Assembly (NCBI GenBank): GCA_963811105.1
Contig: CAWEPZ010000011.1
Span: 736,001-800,000 of the forward strand
Origin: Candidatus Bathyarchaeota archaeon
GTDB lineage: Archaea; Thermoproteota; Bathyarchaeia; Bathyarchaeales; Bathycorpusculaceae
Length of the DNA: 64,000 nucleotides
Direction of reading: 5' to 3'
The notes under the pieces are model-generated. The model saw only the letters and a list, made by a program, of their open reading frames with translations. It did not search any database and was not told the origin of the DNA. Both the position numbers and the translations under genes were made by a program. Shown here one piece after another: positions 1-9,701 of this stretch (position 1 is its first letter; the number at the start of each line of letters is the position of its first letter).

Positions 1-1609
1 ATTTGCCCTCAAAGGGAGACTAGTGCAGCAATTTTCTCCTTTATAGGCACAACAGAGTCTGGTGTTACGAGTTTACCATCATAAACAACTTCACTAACCA
101 AGTTACAAATACAAGGATGCATTCTAAATTGTTCTCTTAGCATTACAAGTCGATTATCTCCGATTTCTAAATTTACTCGTTCCACTATGCCTGCCTGATC
201 GAAAATATCTCTTCTTAACCATTTTTGAGCTAATGGAGTTCTAGCTTCTGCTATAGGTGATAATTGCCTAAAATCCCCAGAGATTATGTAATGGTTTGAG
301 CATAGACCAGATAAGAAGAATACATTTGGCAAAAGAGCCATGCTTGCCTCGTCAATTATTAGTGTATCAAATTTTATCTGAGAAATATTAGAGTCTACAC
401 AAGCTCTAGCTATCGTCGTTCCAATAACAAGTGCATCCTTAATTATGCTATTTCTGCTTTTTTCATCGGTTGTGTTTAACGAGGTTAGTGTGCTCTCTTT
501 TTCTTTCCTTTCAACTTCCAAATCAGATATTTTTTGTTCTATTTTTGCTAGATTAAAAGCGGTCTGACTTTTAGGGTCCTCAAATAAAGGTTCACGCAAG
601 TTGCTTTGCCGCATGTCCTTTTTAAGAGTCAATTCTTCAATCTTATTTTGGAAACTCAAAATTTCTAAGTTATTAATTTGATTTTGATTTTCAATTGTTT
701 TAACTTGATTTTCTAAATGGTCAGTGTTTATGCCTGAAAAAAATCTTCTCAGTATGCTGGCATTCTTGGCTTTTTCTAATAACTGCTTATTGGTACAGAG
801 CCATGCCCTATTGCTTTCTAAGGTTCTTTTTGAATTTTCTATTCTCTTCCGAAGAGTATTAATCTCTTGTTGAATTAAATCGCATTCTTGCTTCAAGCTT
901 TCTTGTTTTTGTATTTTTTCTATCAGCACTTTCTCTTGAAGGTCATATTCCTTAATTGTTTTCAACAGTGCTTCTAGATCATTTTCAAGCACTTGAATTG
1001 GGCCTTCCTTTTTGAAAATCTTGCGCCTTTCTGGCACGATATAAGCCAATTTCTCATGCTCAAAGGTCGGGATACCTAACCGAATTATTTTTCCGTCTTC
1101 AATAAAGGAAACATTTTCTGGGCTATCTAAAAATTTTCTTAGAATTTCATCTAATGCCGCATTAGTATTTGTAGCCAGCAATACTTTTTTTCCAGCTTTG
1201 ATAAGCAGGTTAAGAATTAATGTTAATGTTCTAGTTTTCCCTGTGCCAGGAGGACCCCAAATAAATGTGACCTCTTGACTAAGGGATTTAAGTATGGCAA
1301 TTTGTTGTTCATGATTTGGGTTGAAATTATAATTCTCTTGATTCGGTGTAATTATGAGCGGAAAAGAGCTGGGCTCAGTAAAGCCAAAGAGTTTCAAGCT
1401 TCCATCTAGTATGAAACTATACTCTCCGGACTTTACTCGTTCTAGCTTGCTATGTAGTCTTTCAAGTAAGAAAAAAGAAGTATCTTGCAAAGTTGCTTCT
1501 GCAATATAATCACCCTTGTCTTCTTCTAAGACTATATTGATAACGTGTTCTTTTTTGTCCGCAGAATCAAGTCGACCAAAAATTTCTTCGCCATCAATGT
1601 TTAAGTTAA

Positions 1610-2892
1610 CTGACTGTTTGCGTTTTCATGTTAGTTTGTGTTTATGAGTCTTAGTAGGCTTCGTGTCGATTGATTTGCATTCCGCAACTTATGTATGAAA
1701 AGGTGCATAGTTTTTCTGCGTATCCACTCAACTATTGACTCAAAGGAAAACAAACTCTTCAAAATAGAATACCTAAGAAGTCTACGCCTCAAAACGTCAA
1801 GGAGAGTATAAGCCAGAGTGACTAGGTGCGCGTGTATAAGCGCCGCTTCGCTCGCCCTAAACCTATACTCCCCAAAACCTAAGGCTTTAGCCCCCTTATA
1901 GAAGTCTTCTATCCGATGCCTCTCTAAAGCATGACCCAAAATCACTTCAACACTGCAACCCACCAAATCGGTGCAGAGAAAATGAACATCCCCAGTGCCT
2001 GCCTTAACATTCATCACAATTGAAGAATAGCCCATCTTAGGCAAGAATACATCAGCCTTAACGGCAGAATAAACCTCGCCGTTAACTACAACATCAAAGA
2101 AACCGCCCTCTGAACGCATTTTATCGAAGAGCTCATCTATTCGGTATCTCTTTTCCTTGTAAAACACGATTCTATTGCTCTTAATTTCGCCTATCCAGCT
2201 ATATCCATCTGCTTTGCACTTGGAAGCCATCTCTTGGCAGGTGAACCAGGAATCCCACAGCCAAATTGTCTTCTTCGCCAGTGGAGTGTGCTCATCTATG
2301 ATGTCGCATGCTAACTGCAGCCTCGTCTTAAACTCAATTCCTTTCTCGCTGCATTTCTTTTGGTTGCCATACAGTTTCAAGCCGTCAGGAACTGCCACAT
2401 TGTTGTTTACGTAGAGTGATGTGACGTAGTCGTGACTCAGTACTGTTCCCATGGTTGAGGAGTGATTGTAGCAGACCATCTCTGTGTTTTGACTGTACTT
2501 GCGGCATACTGTGTCGTCGATGATCTTGTACTCAAATGAGTTGTCTATGTTTGCTTCGCTCAAAAGGATGTTCTTGGCTTGGTTGGCTACGGCTTTGATG
2601 TTCCATTTTGGGTTGGTTATGAATCGGTTTAGGCTGCTTTGGTCTTTTCTGTCGATGAAGAGTTCATTGACGCTCTTAACGTCGTGTTCTCCGTTTCCAG
2701 CTACCATCAGGCCTAGCTCGCTTCGGCAGAAATTCTCGTACTGTGGTTTGCTGAAGAATTTCTTGAATTTTGAGAAAAGGTTCTTAATCCTGCGGGGTAC
2801 GCCCGCTATAAAGCCAAACATGAACTACAATATGTAATCCGCTCAAGAAATAAGCGTTGGACACAAAACAAGCCAAAAACGCAAACACTCAG
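1610..2892 (-). mobile_element. IS701-family insertion sequence (1283 bp)
   Basis: Terminal inverted repeats CTGACTGTTTGCGTTTT / CTGAGTGTTTGCGTTTT (16/17 match, extending imperfectly to 32 bp); TTAA duplication at 1606-1609 and 2893-2896; single transposase ORF. Confidence 0.9.
1631..2821 (-). CDS. DDE transposase, IS701-like
   Basis: IIDDT, LWDSWF and RHRIEDFYKGAKALG motifs; the ORF fills the IS. Confidence 0.9.
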   Translation of the reverse strand: MFGFIAGVPRRIKNLFSKFKKFFSKPQYENFCRSELGLMVAGNGEHDVKSVNELFIDRKDQSSLNRFITNPKWNIKAVANQAKNILLSEANIDNSFEYKIIDDTVCRKYSQNTEMVCYNHSSTMGTVLSHDYVTSLYVNNNVAVPDGLKLYGNQKKCSEKGIEFKTRLQLACDIIDEHTPLAKKTIWLWDSWFTCQEMASKCKADGYSWIGEIKSNRIVFYKEKRYRIDELFDKMRSEGGFFDVVVNGEVYSAVKADVFLPKMGYSSIVMNVKAGTGDVHFLCTDLVGCSVEVILGHALERHRIEDFYKGAKALGFGEYRFRASEAALIHAHLVTLAYTLLDVLRRRLLRYSILKSLFSFESIVEWIRRKTMHLFIHKLRNANQSTRSLLRLINTN

Positions 2893-3236
2893 TTAACTTC
2901 AGTATTTTGTTTGCGGTTACACCAATCATCGGCATCATCCGATAAAAAACGATAAACATGCAAACTATTGCCAGCGTAGATTCGGCGTCCTTCAAACATT
3001 TCTGTTTTTTTACTAAAGGGGTGTCTCTTTACTTCTGCTATCTCGTCTTGTAAAGCTGCCTGTAGCTCGGTTATCAAAGCGTTCTTGTCAGTGGAACCAG
3101 CTGTAGCACTCCAGCCAATATTAGAGGCTCTATGTTGCTGAGAGGTCAAGCATTTGACTCCAACTATAGATTATTCTTTGACAATAAAATGCTTTACGAA
3201 CTTTAGATTCACTCAATTAAAAAAAAGAGAAGGCGC

Positions 3237-3272
3237 GGGTGATATCTCCACTTTAGAGGGGGTTCAACTCCA
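3237..3272 (+). repeat. att-like dispersed repeat, copy 1
   Basis: GGGTGATATCTCCA-CTTTAGAG-GGGGTTCAACTCCA, preceded by an A-rich purine tract. Confidence 0.85.
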
Positions 3273-3338
3273 ACCTCCTACATTTTTATAAGTGAAAAGT
3301 GTGCGCTTCAAGTCAGGTGAATATAGATTAGATGGTGA

Positions 3339-3491
3339 CTGCTGAAAATCTGTCCCTGTTCAAAAACCAAGTGTGTTCGACATGGGAAATGTGAAGAATG
3401 CACACAATATCACTCAGAAAAAGGCAAACTACCCTTCTGCAAAAGAACAAAAACTTCTTTGCTTGGGTTTCTGAAGAAAACGCAAGCTTAG
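3339..3491 (+). CDS. small Cys/His-rich protein (~50 aa), absent from the ORF track; start uncertain
   Basis: KICPCSKTKCVRHGKCEECTQYHSEKGKLPFCKR. Only CTG starts are in frame; the ATG at 3332 is out of frame. Confidence 0.6.
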   Translation: MLKICPCSKTKCVRHGKCEECTQYHSEKGKLPFCKRTKTSLLGFLKKTQA

Positions 3492-3792
3492 AATTTGAAC
3501 AGATTTCTTTGATTGGATTTTTAAGAAGAATTTAAACCAAAATCTAAACGAATACCTTGTTAAACCGTCTCGTATGAATCGCACGGTAGCTTTCTTAATG
3601 CTTATGTTTAATACAACGGAGGTGTACGAAATGTCTCAAGCCAGTTAGCGCTTTGCATTAGTTTGCAGAAAGCTGACAGAAAAGAGCAAGGTGCTAACAA
3701 GATATTTTTTATTAAGGCTTAATGAAGCGCGCTGGGTGAGCCGACATCTATTTAACTCTATAACAAACAAGTAATCGAATTGGTGAAAAGAA

Positions 3793-4071
3793 GTGAGCAA
3801 GGTTGAGAACGGGTTAAAAGAAAAGATTGAGGAAATAATCAGGCAGAAGGCAGAATCATCTGTAACAGATGAGCTTTCAGACTCAGAACACGGGTATGTA
3901 GATGCTCTGATATGGCTTAAAGAAGGCTCAATCGAGCTAACTAATGAAGGCATTGGAAAAGAAATTGTGGAGCGAACCTATGCGGACAAAGACTCGAGCA
4001 AAGAATACTGCGATGGCTACGACTCTGCACTTAAACAGGTATTAAAAATGATAGTTGAATTGAAAAAATAG
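3793..4071 (+). CDS. hypothetical acidic protein
   Basis: 92-aa ORF after GGTGA; internal repeat GYVDAL / GYDSAL. Confidence 0.65.
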   Translation: MSKVENGLKEKIEEIIRQKAESSVTDELSDSEHGYVDALIWLKEGSIELTNEGIGKEIVERTYADKDSSKEYCDGYDSALKQVLKMIVELKK

Positions 4072-4230
4072 TATATTCTAAGCGAATCACATTGAAATTT
4101 ACTAACTAAATCGCATTAATGCCCTTATTTAAAAACTGGAGCGTCAAACTGTTTAAACAAAAAAAGGGAAACGCACGCTTTGGGTGTTAAACGTTTTTTT
4201 GCTTATCGATTCCAAAAAAAGAGGGTTTGA

Positions 4231-4265
4231 GGGTGATTTCTCCACCTGACTGGGGTTCAAGTCCC
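4231..4265 (+). repeat. att-like dispersed repeat, copy 2
   Basis: GGGTGATTTCTCCA-CCTGACT-GGGGTTCAAGTCCC (spacer 1 nt shorter), followed by the hairpin ATCGGA-TTCAAGT-TCCGAT (4270-4288). Confidence 0.85.
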
Positions 4266-4313
4266 AACTATCGGATTCAAGTTCCGATTACACAGAAATT
4301 TCTTTGAGCTTCC

Positions 4314-5066
4314 TCATTGACCAACAGTTTTGACTTTGCGGAAGTTAACGAGAACTAACGCTAACGCTGAAAGTCCTGCCCCTGCACCGCCGAAAACAGC
4401 CATAATAAGACTAGTGTTTTCTGTTTGATTTGGAGGAATGTAAGTAACATCTGGATTAACTGTCGGAGCAGCCCCTTCGGTAATGTTTGCATTGATGCTC
4501 ATGGCGCCCCGAGTATCGGGTTGTATGCCCCATCCGTTATTAAATGGATTGCTGAAACTCCCATAGTCATTGTTGTTGTGGATTCGAACACCAGTGCCGC
4601 TTGTTACACTGACCGTTAAGTAATCATCTGAGCAAACGGCTAATGCATATTGACGGCCAATAGTTACAGGAACAGGAGAAGGCAAGTGGAAAGTTACCCA
4701 ATTCATTGACGTTGAAACGTAAGTTTTAGTTGAGGTCCCAAGCAAAGCGCCAGGGTTTCCTGCTGAATCAGTGGCGTAGATTGCGGTCATAACGTTTCCT
4801 GGCGTATTAACCCGAGCGGCCATTGCTGTTATAGAAACCACAGTTCCAGATTCTTGAGCCGTAAAAACGGATGCAGATTTGTAATTAGCATCATTAACAT
4901 CGGTGAAATCGCCAGGTGTTGAAATGCCTAAGTGTGTATTGCCAACGCTTAAAAGGGAAACTTGCCCTAAAGAACCGCTTACACCTATCAAAAACACTAC
5001 TGCACAAACCATGTATATTACGGTGAACACCAAGTTAGTGACGTTCTTTTTATTTTTTGAATCCAA
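4314..5066 (-). CDS. secreted, C-terminally anchored beta-sandwich protein (DUF4082-like)
   Basis: N-terminal hydrophobic segment; AIYATDSAGNPGALLGTS...WVTFHLPSPVPVTIGRQYALAV; C-terminal TM with basic tail. Confidence 0.65.
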   Translation of the reverse strand: MDSKNKKNVTNLVFTVIYMVCAVVFLIGVSGSLGQVSLLSVGNTHLGISTPGDFTDVNDANYKSASVFTAQESGTVVSITAMAARVNTPGNVMTAIYATDSAGNPGALLGTSTKTYVSTSMNWVTFHLPSPVPVTIGRQYALAVCSDDYLTVSVTSGTGVRIHNNNDYGSFSNPFNNGWGIQPDTRGAMSINANITEGAAPTVNPDVTYIPPNQTENTSLIMAVFGGAGAGLSALALVLVNFRKVKTVGQ

Positions 5067-5194
5067 TATTAATACTCTTCAATTAGAAAAAAGAGGACGG
5101 TATTTAAACTTAAGCGGAAGATTCTCGTGCCCTCATGACCCGGCGAAGAAGAACAGGACGACAACAGCGAAGGTGCGACAGTTGAAAAAGCCTT

Positions 5195-5310
5195 GGGCGC
5201 CTTCAAATTAGGTAACGTATTCAAAGCCTGCTTCGACTAAGCTGCAGATTTCCTTTTCTGTCTTGGCGACTTTGACATGTATTTTGTTTCGACTTGGAAT
5301 AATGCTTCTT
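5195..5310 (-). pseudogene. tyrosine integrase C-terminal relic
   Basis: EALFQVETKY / (frameshift) KVAKTEKEICSLVEAGFEYVT*FEGA. Clearly homologous to 13902-13997; integrase identity is from recall of bathyarchaeal integrase C-termini. Confidence 0.7.
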
Positions 5311-5470
5311 TGCCTCAACGCATAATGGCAAACTTGCTGAACTTGACACGCTTTGTTAAGTTGAGTTTTCAAAAACAGCTAAAGTTGACAATTAACGTTA
5401 TTGAGTTTTTCAAAAAACTATATAATAATTCGTGCGATAAGAGGAATCAGCAAGAGACAGCGAGCGTTAT

Positions 5471-5704
5471 TTGGAGATAGAGAGAATGCAAACTGAAGAA
5501 TTAGCGTGTATAGCAAAGAAAGTAAGAAACACTTTGCCTAACGTGGAATCGTTTCCAATTGCGACAATCTATACCACAATCAAAGAGCAAGAGAAAACGA
5601 ACATGAATTTACCAGACTTTAAAGAATTAATTTATCATCTTACTGGCTGGGACATATCATTCCAAGTTATACGCAGACAACTTGAAATAAACCAGATAGT
5701 ATAG
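5471..5704 (+). CDS. hypothetical small protein
   Basis: 77-aa ORF with a TATA-like element upstream (~5419). Confidence 0.5.
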   Translation: MEIERMQTEELACIAKKVRNTLPNVESFPIATIYTTIKEQEKTNMNLPDFKELIYHLTGWDISFQVIRRQLEINQIV

Positions 5705-5810
5705 TGAGAGCCTGCGTTAGGTTGGGTGTTAGTCGATTTCCTTGTCGTCCAAAATTGTCGAAGTAATACAAAGGATTAGTTCAGATTAAAGAAAAAAGAA
5801 GAGGAATCAC

Positions 5811-5846
5811 GGGTGCTATCTCCACTCTGGAAGGAGTTCAATTCCC
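5811..5846 (+). repeat. att-like dispersed repeat, copy 3
   Basis: GGGTGCTATCTCCA-CTCTGGAA-GGAGTTCAATTCCC; outer stem GGAAT/ATTCC. Confidence 0.85.
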
Positions 5847-5899
5847 ATTCCAACTCCAATGCTTCTTAATCCCTCACCAACCGCTGTTTAGCTTCAACG

Positions 5900-6700
5900 T
5901 TATGATAAAGCTGTTTTGAAGAAATCAGCCAAGTCAACAGTCTCAATTTCCGAACCACAATGCTCACAGGTTTTTAATGATTTCAAAGATGTCTTATCGT
6001 TAATCTTTAATGTTCCATTACAGTGTGGACAACGATACACCGCAACTATTCCACCATCCTTAATCTGTTTAAGCAACTCATTAAGGTTAAAGGAAACCTC
6101 TGTTCGTTTTACTATCATCTGTTTATCTTTTTCTCTAAGCGATTTGGCTTTTTCATACATTTTCAGTTGTTTCTCGTAGATTTTAGCAGCATCCAGAGGT
6201 CTGCCACATTTTTCAAGATTAAAAGCAAGAGCAGAATACCCACGCTTAACGAAATCCCCAATATCATGCCCACATTCGGAATCAAGCAAACCATTGTCAC
6301 CCAAATCTACGAGTATAGCACGATAATCCTTTGTATCGTTTGCAATAGCCCAACTAATCAAGTTTTTTGCCTCTTGACTAATCTTACTATCTAATGCATT
6401 GAGAACTGCAGAATAAAACAGGCTTCGAAGATTCTCACCAAACTCTTCGATGTCAGTTCCAATATCCTCTAATGGATAATCCATGACTATTTGCCAAAAT
6501 CTTTCGCTGCAAAACTCAGAACAGAAACTTAGCAATAGATATTCAGCCTCTTTTTCTTCAGTTTCCATTGTGCTCTTGACTGAAAGCCAACCGATCCACT
6601 CAGGCAAACACTTTTTGCACGTAACTTTGCCACACCAATCACATTTTTCAGATGGAGTAGAGAGCAAGTAAGATGCTCCACAATTTGGACATTTACCCAT
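5900..6700 (-). CDS. multi zinc-ribbon protein
   Basis: CPNC, CDWC and CKKC near the N-terminus, CPHC...CEHC at the C-terminus; start moved to MGKCPNCG. Confidence 0.8.
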   Translation of the reverse strand: MGKCPNCGASYLLSTPSEKCDWCGKVTCKKCLPEWIGWLSVKSTMETEEKEAEYLLLSFCSEFCSERFWQIVMDYPLEDIGTDIEEFGENLRSLFYSAVLNALDSKISQEAKNLISWAIANDTKDYRAILVDLGDNGLLDSECGHDIGDFVKRGYSALAFNLEKCGRPLDAAKIYEKQLKMYEKAKSLREKDKQMIVKRTEVSFNLNELLKQIKDGGIVAVYRCPHCNGTLKINDKTSLKSLKTCEHCGSEIETVDLADFFKTALS

Positions 6701-6890
6701 TATAGCACCAGCAGGCAATAAGAAATAACATTGTAGTTCACAATTTATAAAACCTCTCGGTATGCATTTCTCCAAAAAAACTAATTCAGATATCCGATAT
6801 TTCGGAGAAGTTTATTACAGCTCAAGTAGATGCTAAAATTGCTTTAAAGAATTTTGCAGACTCTAGAAAAAGAAAGAGAGAATGTTTTTG

Positions 6891-9434
6891 CTATTGCTTC
6901 TTGCGTAATGTAATCATCAATAGAGCGCCCACAACGGCAACTGCGATTATTACAGCTATGACCCCAGCTACAATTGTCATTGTGTAATCAGGTATTTCTT
7001 GCAAAGGTGCCGTTGTTGAAGTTGCTGTTGGTGTCGATGCTACTGATATTGCGGTTGTTGCTGAAGAGCTACTGTAGGAATCATCGCCAGCGAAGGAAGC
7101 TATAATCTTGTAGTCTCCTTCAATTGGTGGAGTCCATGACTTGCTAAATGTTCCGTAGTAACCATCAGTTGTAACAGTTCCTATGTTTTCATAGTTGCCG
7201 TTTGAATCAAGTGCTGTCAGTGTTACTGGAACGCCAGTTATTGTTAGGTTGTGGTCAAGTCCGTCAATTGGGTGCTGGAAGTGCAGGTACTCCATTTGTA
7301 CTGTCATTGAGTCTCTTGAGACGCAAGGTGTGTCTGTTTGAGCGGGAGACTGATCCAATACTGTTCCCTGAATCATCGTAGCTCCTTGTGAAACGATTGC
7401 GGGATTTGCAGTTACTGTAGTAGCGCTAAGACCCTTGCCGGCTACATACAAATAACCGGTGTATACACTGTCGAAGGTAAGGTAGCCGTCTGCGATTGCT
7501 CCAGAGTTGCCTCGACTGGTTATGTTCCATATTTGTTGCCCTGTTGTTGCGTTTACAGCATACATCGTCCATCCTCTTGCGAGAGGTGATGTGGGCGAAT
7601 GTTCACCGTTTGAAATAAATAGCTTACCATCTGCAATCTGCGGGTTGGCTCCAAAGAAAGCCATCGATGGGTACCACGGTGACTCGAATGGTCTGCAAGG
7701 TGCTTCAAAATGCCAAGCTATTTTGCCTGTGTCCCAGTCAATCGCGTACAGGCCTGCGTAGGTGAAGTCATAAAGTAGACCGTAAGCAGAAGCTGTTGTA
7801 TAAGCTCCGAACACTCCCCAGGGCCAAGATGCTGCCTCACTCTTCCAAAGCTGTTTTCCTGACAATGAATCCCAGCAATACCAAAATCCGTTATCAAATC
7901 GAACAGCAAATTTTCCATGGTCAGCGCATGCAGTGCTTCCACTAAAGATTGGATAGCCAACGCCTGATGAGATGTTCCATAGCAGATTTCCTGTCGTTAA
8001 ACTTGCCGCTTGTATGTAGACGTCAGTTGAAATTCCTGTGGCATTAGGCGATATGGAAATTGTAGTAACTGAGACGCCTGCTTCAAAATCGCAAGTGCCT
8101 AAGCTGCTGAATGGAAATGTTATGTTACTTACTATTCTAGATTTTAGGTCGGTAGCAGTTCCGGCAGTTGTCCAGTTGACTAGGTAATATTTGGTGTTTG
8201 CTCCAGTACCTATCGTCTGAACGCTTAAGGCGAGTTCGTTAGAGTAGTAAGTCGCGGAAGTCAATGGGGAAGTAGACATATTTAACGCGATAGCTCCTGT
8301 GAATGGATCGATCTTTATTAGCCTACCATTGCTGATTACTATGAGCTGCGGGGGGGTTACGCCTGCTGAAGATTGTGTGGCTCCTGGAATGACAGGGGTT
8401 CTAAAGCTTGTGTCGATTCCTGTTGGTGCAGGTACATTTGTTAAGTCCCAATATATCTCGCCGGTGCGCAAGTCGTAGCATTCTAGAACGCTCGTAGCGA
8501 CGCTTTGTTCAGTACCGTTAACTGTTTGCATCATTGGTTTTGTGATTGCTTGATAAGCCCGTCCTTGGAAGATTACGCTTGGTGTTCCCGCATACCCGCC
8601 TTCTCCGCTTCCAATGATCATCGATCCGAATTGCCCTCCGATAATTCCCGCTAAAGAACCTTGCCGTTTCCAAAGAATATGTGCAGTGTTTGGTGCTTGG
8701 ACGTATGGGGTGAATTTGTAGTTGCTTGCATATGTGTTGGTGTCCGCTGGCCAGTCAGGTCCTCCTCCTTGTCCCGAGAAGGGGTAGTTTCCTCCAATGA
8801 CATACCATTCTCTGTTTTCAGGAGTTATTGGTCTTGTCCAGTAACCTGTTGGGAGTGCTGACCATGGCCATGACATTACAGGTTGTTGCTGCACTGTTAA
8901 TTCTACGTCTTCAGAAGTGGAAGGCTTGTAGTAAGCTGAGCCCAGATACGTACTACCGGCTACTGGAGTATCATATACTAATCCTTGAAGGTAGTATCCA
9001 GCTGGGAAGTAGTTTCCAGCGAAGAAGAACTTTATTTTCCATGTCCCGACTTGATCTACGATATAATTAAACCACGCTGTCGTGTCACCTTGATAAGAGT
9101 TCATTGGTCCAACTGTGTCTACGGTTCCATCTGGTTTTGTTAGTGTGACTGTGAAGCCTGATTGAGCTCTTGTTACGTGAACTGCGGGTTGAAGCCAGAT
9201 GTTGATGAGCGCTGTTTGGCCGACACCTATGGGATTAGGACTGACGCTTAGATAAGCAATTGTGTCTACTGACGCACTAGGAGTAACACCGGCTGGTAAT
9301 GGTCCGCCTGTTACAGTTTGTTTTGGGCTTCCTTCAGCAACCTGCCCCATAACAGGGTGGATTGTTGGTGCAAGAGTAGTTATCACTAGGATCAAAGCAA
9401 TTGCTAAAGTTACATATCGTTTGATTTTTTGCGT
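6891..9434 (-). CDS. PQQ-like beta-propeller surface protein, paralog 1
   Basis: Family motifs PNPIGVGQ, YWTRP, NREW, CYDLRTG, EHSP, DQSPAQ, GDDSY; C-terminal TM. The frame extends upstream to an ACG at 9434, behind GGAGA. Confidence 0.85.
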   Translation of the reverse strand, partial: TQKIKRYVTLAIALILVITTLAPTIHPVMGQVAEGSPKQTVTGGPLPAGVTPSASVDTIAYLSVSPNPIGVGQTALINIWLQPAVHVTRAQSGFTVTLTKPDGTVDTVGPMNSYQGDTTAWFNYIVDQVGTWKIKFFFAGNYFPAGYYLQGLVYDTPVAGSTYLGSAYYKPSTSEDVELTVQQQPVMSWPWSALPTGYWTRPITPENREWYVIGGNYPFSGQGGGPDWPADTNTYASNYKFTPYVQAPNTAHILWKRQGSLAGIIGGQFGSMIIGSGEGGYAGTPSVIFQGRAYQAITKPMMQTVNGTEQSVATSVLECYDLRTGEIYWDLTNVPAPTGIDTSFRTPVIPGATQSSAGVTPPQLIVISNGRLIKIDPFTGAIALNMSTSPLTSATYYSNELALSVQTIGTGANTKYYLVNWTTAGTATDLKSRIVSNITFPFSSLGTCDFEAGVSVTTISISPNATGISTDVYIQAASLTTGNLLWNISSGVGYPIFSGSTACADHGKFAVRFDNGFWYCWDSLSGKQLWKSEAASWPWGVFGAYTTASAYGLLYDFTYAGLYAIDWDTGKIAWHFEAPCRPFESPWYPSMAFFGANPQIADGKLFISNGEHSPTSPLARGWTMYAVNATTGQQIWNITSRGNSGAIADGYLTFDSVYTGYLYVAGKGLSATTVTANPAIVSQGATMIQGTVLDQSPAQTDTPCVSRDSMTVQMEYLHFQHPIDGLDHNLTITGVPVTLTALDSNGNYENIGTVTTDGYYGTFSKSWTPPIEGDYKIIASFAGDDSYSSSSATTAISVASTPTATSTTAPLQEIPDYTMTIVAGVIAVIIAVAVVGALLMITLRKKQ

Positions 9435-9701
9435 TTTGGTATTTCTCCTTTTTGTTGTGAAAATCTTACCGAAGAAAGCACTTCGCTTTTTACGATAAGC
9501 ATTTTGCTAAACAAGCCTATAACATCTATCAACTTATAAGACTAAGTGGAAAGTGACCGCTGACGACAAAGCGGTTAGTGATGGAGGTTTAAATTGGAAT
9601 TATTCGATAAACTAAGAGAATGCCGAGGCTTGCGTCAACAAACCTTGAATGTGCATTAGCTCCAAACCATTTTCAACATTTTAGAAACACCCTGAGCTTG
9701 A

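Larger units (their letters stand above)
9..3149 (-). pseudogene. SF1 (DNA2/NAM7/Upf1-like) helicase with coiled-coil insert, interrupted by an IS
   Basis: Walker A GPPGTGKT, IIDEAS, GDFRQL and QFRMHP motifs in 9..1490. Removing 1610..2896 (IS plus one TTAA) joins the 2889..3149 fragment in frame (...QNTEVN-LNIDGEEIFGRL...EATLQDTSFF). The ORF stops at 9, before helicase motifs V/VI, so a further frameshift near the window edge is possible. Confidence 0.85.

Noticed and set aside
3235-5846. The repeat as a coding relic (copies 1 and 3 both read ISTLEGVQ on the + strand)
   Set aside because: Other copies give different residues, stops or a 1-nt deletion, and there is no consistent start. Not fully excluded.
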